Shown one piece after another: positions 60,332 through 64,000 of a stretch of 64,000 bases of DNA (positions within the stretch are counted from its first letter, which is position 1; every line of letters starts with the position of its first letter). Made by a program: the position numbers and the translations under genes. The DNA is from a virus, in IMG/VR virus record IMGVR_UViG_3300032070_000613, positions 77,096-141,095 of that record. One strand, given 5' to 3'. The notes under the pieces were generated by a model. It worked only from the letters and a program-made list of their open reading frames with translations. It did not search any database and was not told where the DNA came from.

Positions 60332-60593
60332 GTAACCCTACAACGTCACTTAATAAATGACGCTGTGGGAGTCTAGGGAGCTTATTCAGTAAAATGAATA
60401 TGCAGACGTTACAACCAGAGTTCAAGAACGTACCTACGGATGCTTCACTAGTCCGTAGCTCTACAAATCTCTCTTTAAACAGACTGGAAACGGTCAGTGA
60501 GAGAGGTATAGTACTGGGCTGTAACAATCCCGAAGTGAATCTACGGAAACAGGTATCCGGACTTATAGTCACTGTACCTGTATATGAGTCCTT
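60332..60593 (+). ncRNA. Orphan omegaRNA (no IscB ORF)
   Basis: Homologous to the other two scaffolds; homology stops just before the PLMP codons; no right end. Confidence 0.8.
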
Positions 60594-60623
60594 ATTTTAA
60601 AATAAAGATTCATTTTAAAATTT

Positions 60624-60737
60624 GATAGTCTAATCTTTTATCGTAATGTGCCTACATCAGGCACACACCCCATGAGCCTTAGTTTAAAGCCGGGTTCATG
60701 GGGGTGTGCCGCACCTTAAAGCACACACAACTCGGAT
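60624..60737 (+). ncRNA. Y-RNA-like unit 1 (box A 60633-60657, long hairpin 60660-60710, box B 60719-60737)
   Basis: Shared box A/box B scaffold; ~19 bp GC-rich hairpin cargo. Confidence 0.6.
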
Positions 60738-60767
60738 AAAGTCATCATCCGTAAAAACGGATGATCC

Positions 60768-60902
60768 ACATCCTTTACCGCAAGGGCTTACATGATCTCA
60801 TAAATCATCGCCGGGCCTTAGAGCCCGGCACCCAGAGAGGCGACCGCCCTCAGTGGCGGAAACGTGCTCTGGAAAGCACTCGCAACTTGGATGTAGATTA
60901 TC
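60768..60902 (+). ncRNA. Y-RNA-like unit 2 (CAU anticodon arm plus GC-rich hairpins)
   Basis: Box A 60770-60793, box B 60874-60892; ATGAT-CTCATAA-ATCAT arm. Confidence 0.65.
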
Positions 60903-60941
60903 TTTTCGAATATGTCGTTCTTTGATAATATGAATAGAAGT

Positions 60942-61079
60942 TAAAAATTTTCATCCTTTATCGTATGGGCTTACATGGATAATGTTTTTATCTCATAAAT
61001 AAAAGCTAGATCGTTCAAACCGATCAAATCCCGTAAGGGATGGTTACTCAAGCACTTACAACTCGGATGAAAATTTTTA
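60942..61079 (+). ncRNA. Y-RNA-like unit 3 (CAU anticodon arm, T-arm, GNRA hairpin)
   Basis: Perfect 15 bp closing stem; box A 60953-60976, box B 61050-61068. Confidence 0.7.
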
Positions 61080-61084
61080 TATAG

Positions 61085-61252
61085 GTCGCTCTTTGATAGA
61101 GCGTGGATTGAAACAAGTCCAGCAAAGCGAACCAAAAACTGCAGCCGAGACTCGCGCATGTTCTTTTTGTCACTCTTTTAGAGAGCGTGGATTGAAACAA
61201 ATCAAGAAGAAAGCACCAAAAGTTGCATCTGAGATTTGCACACGTTTTTTAA
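61085..61252 (+). CRISPR. Two type I-C-like repeats (61085-61114, 61169-61198), each followed by a related ~54 nt sequence; no cas genes in window
   Basis: GTCGCTCTTTGATAGAGCGTGGATTGAAAC and GTCACTCTTTTAGAGAGCGTGGATTGAAAC; internal hairpin and GGATTGAAAC end typical of I-C repeats. Confidence 0.7.
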
Positions 61253-61257
61253 ATCGA

Positions 61258-61411
61258 AATTAAAAATGTATCTTTTACAGTGTGAACTTACATTTAGTCT
61301 TGGTTCGACTCCAAGTTAGCCCACGAAAGTAGGCTAGTAGTTCAACGGTAGAACAGTTGCCTATTAAGCAATCAAAAAAATAGTACGCACGACTCAGATA
61401 CATTTTTAATT
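61258..61411 (+). ncRNA. YrlA-like Y RNA unit 4 with circularly permuted tRNA domain
   Basis: Perfect 16 bp closing stem; T arm, GAAA-capped acceptor, D arm and anticodon arm in permuted order; near a Ro60-like gene. Confidence 0.8.
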
Positions 61412-61414
61412 CAT

Positions 61415-61450
61415 AAGCCGAGGAAGTTTAGCAGCTCTCTCGGCTTTTTT
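61415..61450 (+). terminator. Intrinsic terminator of the ncRNA cluster
   Basis: AAGCCGAG...CTCGGCTT stem plus T-tract. Confidence 0.7.
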
Positions 61451-61456
61451 ATTTGC

Positions 61457-61485
61457 TTGATAAGTTTATTATAAAAAAGTATATT
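61457..61485 (+). promoter_or_regulatory. Sigma70-type promoter (probably leaderless mRNA starting near ATG 61492)
   Basis: TTGATA-17 nt-TATATT, 6 nt before the ATG. Confidence 0.55.
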
Positions 61486-61491
61486 GAAGGC

Positions 61492-61827
61492 ATGGAAATA
61501 AGATATACCATAGGTGATTTGATAGCTTTAGGAAAAATTATTTCTAAAAAACCATGGGTTTTGAATAATACCTCATATGCGGATGAATATGATCTCATGC
61601 TGATGGATCTTAAAAAATCTTTACAAATGTCAGAAACAGCGAATAGAATTGCTAATGATAAGTTAGCACGTTGGATACAAAAAAATTTTCAATGGCACGG
61701 TCCGAATAATTTTAAAAGTCAAATAGTGCTTTTTATATTTCATACGTCGTTAGAGGAAGTGCCCTTGAATATCAATGACGAGCTATTGGCACCTTTCGCT
61801 AACTGGCGTCTCCGGATAGCCAAATAA
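61492..61827 (+). CDS. Hypothetical protein
   Basis: ORF ending SLEEVPLNINDE...WRLRIAK; own promoter. Confidence 0.55.
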   Translation: MEIRYTIGDLIALGKIISKKPWVLNNTSYADEYDLMLMDLKKSLQMSETANRIANDKLARWIQKNFQWHGPNNFKSQIVLFIFHTSLEEVPLNINDELLAPFANWRLRIAK

Positions 61828-61904
61828 TTTTTTTAAGATATGCTTTAAAAAGGTATAACGAAATAGTATATTGTATAACCGACAACCAAAAACAGGAGGT
61901 ATGT

Positions 61905-62162
61905 ATGGCAGGCGTACATGTAGTTTATAACGGTCGTAACGAGGACATCGCATTCGAGCAGCTCTTCACGCCCGAGCGCCGTGCCGGAGTTGGCATCGCG
62001 GATGGGATTGTACTCTCGTCCTCAAACGTGACTGAGGACCAGGTGAAACGCGCCTTGTCTCAGTATTATGATGTCGGTGTGGGAGAATTTGACGATCATT
62101 TCGTCGAACTCAACCCAAACGGTAACGTGACCGTCCGTCCGAATACTCCTTTCGGTGGGTAA
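61905..62162 (+). CDS. Small putative ubiquitin-like (beta-grasp) protein ending in Gly-Gly
   Basis: Strong AGGAGG RBS; 85 aa; beta-beta-alpha-beta-beta-like pattern; C-terminus RPNTPFGG. Confidence 0.55.
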   Translation: MAGVHVVYNGRNEDIAFEQLFTPERRAGVGIADGIVLSSSNVTEDQVKRALSQYYDVGVGEFDDHFVELNPNGNVTVRPNTPFGG

Positions 62163-62166
62163 ACTC

Positions 62167-62193
62167 GGGCGCTCTATAAAAAGAGCGCCCTTT
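62167..62193 (+). terminator. Hairpin / weak terminator between the Ubl-like and Ro60-like genes
   Basis: GGGCGCTCT/AGAGCGCCC 9 bp stem plus TTT. Confidence 0.5.
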
Positions 62194-62223
62194 ACTAAAT
62201 AATATTTATATTGGAGGCTTGAA

Positions 62224-63810
62224 ATGGCTACCGCTACTCAGAAAAATACAGCCGCTCCGGAAAAAGAAGAAGACCTGCGGGTAAAAATCCTCAACACCTT
62301 CATGACGTGTGACCACCGAAATACCGAAATGTCAATGAAAGTGCACCAAGAGGTCCAGACGAAGGATCCCCTGTTCTATGCGCACCTCGCATGCTGGTAC
62401 CGTAAGAACGGCGAACTCCGAGATGTCAATGAGGTATTCTCGGCGCTGCTCAGTGTGGATCCATATCTCCCTAACCGTGAGGTAGGCCTGGCGCTTTTCC
62501 GGGAGCAGGCCCCATTCATGAAACGGCGCATCCTGGGTTTCATTAAGGGCAAGAAAGTCAAAGTCCGTGAGAAGACTGGTAAAAAAATCAAAATCGGTAA
62601 GAAGACCGTGGATGAAGTCAAAATCACCGAGAAAAAGGTAGGTCTCGATAAATCCCTGCCGACTGCGTTCAAGACGGAGGTCACGCGATATCTACGCTGG
62701 CTGGAGTCCAATACGGAGAAGTTTGATACGGTCGCTATCCGTAATGCTAAAGATCTAAAGGCACTCTATGCCTCTAACGGTCTGCAGATCAAACCATCGC
62801 CGCGGGCGCAGGCTATCCTATTCGATAAGGAGTATCCGAAAGATAGTAAGCTGAATATTTTCGAGAAAATCAGCACAGCAAAAACTCCCGAAGAAGCTGC
62901 GAAGCTCATTGTGGAGAACAAAGTCCCGTATACCGTCGCTGTGGGTTTGGTGGAAAAAATCACTCCATCTATCCTGGTGGCGCTCATCGATGCTATGAGT
63001 CCTCAGGAGTTGATCAACAATGTCGCCTCTCTGGAAGAAAAGGGAGCGATGGACAATCCGGACGTCAAAAAGCTGATCCAGGCTAAACTGGGGAAAGCTG
63101 AGAAATCCAAAACAGTCGCCACTTTGAAATCCAAAACAGCGAAAGCTACTGGTCGTATCAAGGATGAAGAAGTCCTCAAGCAGCTTGATAAGGTAGCTGA
63201 TGAGCAGGTCAAAAAGAGTGGTACTATTAAAGTCCCTACTGCGATCTTTATTGATCAGTCTGGTTCTATGGATAAAGCGATCGATGTAGGTAAGCGGTGT
63301 GCGGCGCTGGTGTCTGGTGTCACTACCGCCGATCTACATGTAGTTTGTTTTAATACGGCGGCTACCCCGATCACGTCTACGGAGAAGACTCTGACTGGTT
63401 GGGAGAGGGCGTTTGCGCCTATTCATGCCAATGGGGGTACGTCTATTGGGTGTGCCCTGGATTATCTGATGCGGCGTGGGCATGCGGTGGAGCAGCTCGT
63501 GGTTATTACGGATGAGCTAGAGAATAGCGCTCCGTTTTTCACAGATGTTTTTGCTAAGTATAAGGAGCAGGCCAAAGCCACTCCGCACGTTGTGATCATC
63601 AATGTCAGTGCGACGGCGCATAGCTATAGTGATCAGATTCTTCATGAGAGTTTGGATAAAGCGAAGATTACATATGATGTATATAAGCCCGCGAATTCAG
63701 ATTATTACGGGCTGCCGGGTTTAGTGACGTTACTATCTCGTAAGTCCAAACTGGATCTTGTGTATGAAATTCTGGATACGCCTTTGCTGGTCCGGAGGGA
63801 TTTTCGATAG
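62224..63810 (+). CDS. Ro60/TROVE-like RNA-binding protein with C-terminal vWA (MIDAS) domain
   Basis: N-terminal DPLFYAHLACWYRKNGELRD (TROVE-like), helical basic middle, IDQSGSM / GGTSIG / VITDELEN MIDAS motifs; GGAGG RBS. Confidence 0.75.
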   Translation: MATATQKNTAAPEKEEDLRVKILNTFMTCDHRNTEMSMKVHQEVQTKDPLFYAHLACWYRKNGELRDVNEVFSALLSVDPYLPNREVGLALFREQAPFMKRRILGFIKGKKVKVREKTGKKIKIGKKTVDEVKITEKKVGLDKSLPTAFKTEVTRYLRWLESNTEKFDTVAIRNAKDLKALYASNGLQIKPSPRAQAILFDKEYPKDSKLNIFEKISTAKTPEEAAKLIVENKVPYTVAVGLVEKITPSILVALIDAMSPQELINNVASLEEKGAMDNPDVKKLIQAKLGKAEKSKTVATLKSKTAKATGRIKDEEVLKQLDKVADEQVKKSGTIKVPTAIFIDQSGSMDKAIDVGKRCAALVSGVTTADLHVVCFNTAATPITSTEKTLTGWERAFAPIHANGGTSIGCALDYLMRRGHAVEQLVVITDELENSAPFFTDVFAKYKEQAKATPHVVIINVSATAHSYSDQILHESLDKAKITYDVYKPANSDYYGLPGLVTLLSRKSKLDLVYEILDTPLLVRRDFR

Positions 63811-63930
63811 TCGTGCCAGTAATGTGAGTGGCTGTATGTGTTTATTAAGAAAAAAGTTAGACAAGCGTATTACGTACAATCATACGTACAATCAGTAGTT
63901 GGTGGAAATAAACTTTTCTTTGGAGGTTAT

Positions 63931-64000
63931 ATGTTTGCCGAATTTGACAAGGTGATTAGGTGCCTTGCGTTGGAGTTACCCGAGTCCGTACATGCCGATG
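63931..64000 (+). CDS. Start of an ORF running off the window
   Basis: GGAGG RBS then ATG TTT GCC..., open to the window end. Confidence 0.45.
   Translation, partial: MFAEFDKVIRCLALELPESVHAD

Noticed and set aside
60832-60876. Glycine riboswitch or T-box similarity (CCAGAGAG...CTCTGGAAAG)
   Set aside because: Core motifs of those families are missing and there is no downstream regulated gene.
60971-61159. 62 aa minus-strand ORF, and apparent codon-like conservation between the two spacers
   Set aside because: It overlaps structured RNA and repeats. The frames with synonymous-looking changes have no start codon or are interrupted by stops in the repeat.
61085-61198. Functional CRISPR-Cas locus
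   Set aside because: Only two repeats, over-long mutually homologous spacers, and no cas genes in the window.
61299-61372. Canonical tRNA-Asn gene
   Set aside because: The arms are in permuted order, the acceptor is closed by a GAAA loop and there is no CCA end. Reported as a tRNA mimic instead.
63871-63894. TACGTACAATCA tandem duplication
   Set aside because: Only two 12 nt copies with no supporting context.

Overview
This is a 64 kb segment of a large (jumbo-type) tailed bacteriophage genome, coded almost entirely on the + strand in the standard genetic code. 1-38.6 kb is a virion tail/baseplate module: baseplate J-like protein, two paralogous large structural proteins, PKD, DUF2341/LamG, RCC1 and collagen-like fibre proteins, and an embedded two-gene glycosyltransferase cassette. 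38.7-53.5 kb is a replication module: SNF2 helicase, loader-like protein, DnaB-like helicase, stand-alone primase Zn finger, family A DNA polymerase, sigma-like factor, SLOG protein, NAD-dependent ligase and ParB-like protein. Accessory genes follow. Two complete IscB/omegaRNA elements are inserted at gene ends. The most striking region is a ~1.2 kb non-coding operon (60.26-61.45 kb) with a sigma70 promoter, boxA-like sites and a terminator. In order it holds an orphan omegaRNA, three structured RNA units, two type I-C-like CRISPR repeats followed by mutually homologous 'spacers', and a fourth RNA unit. All four units share one bipartite scaffold (box A / box B) but carry different cargo: CAU anticodon arms, a T-arm, and a circularly permuted tRNA mimic. 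The operon lies just upstream of a small Gly-Gly-ending ubiquitin-like protein and a Ro60/TROVE-vWA protein. I interpret this as a candidate phage Ro60 / multi-Y-RNA tRNA-decoy system. All calls come from reading the sequence by eye; no searches or folding programs were run.
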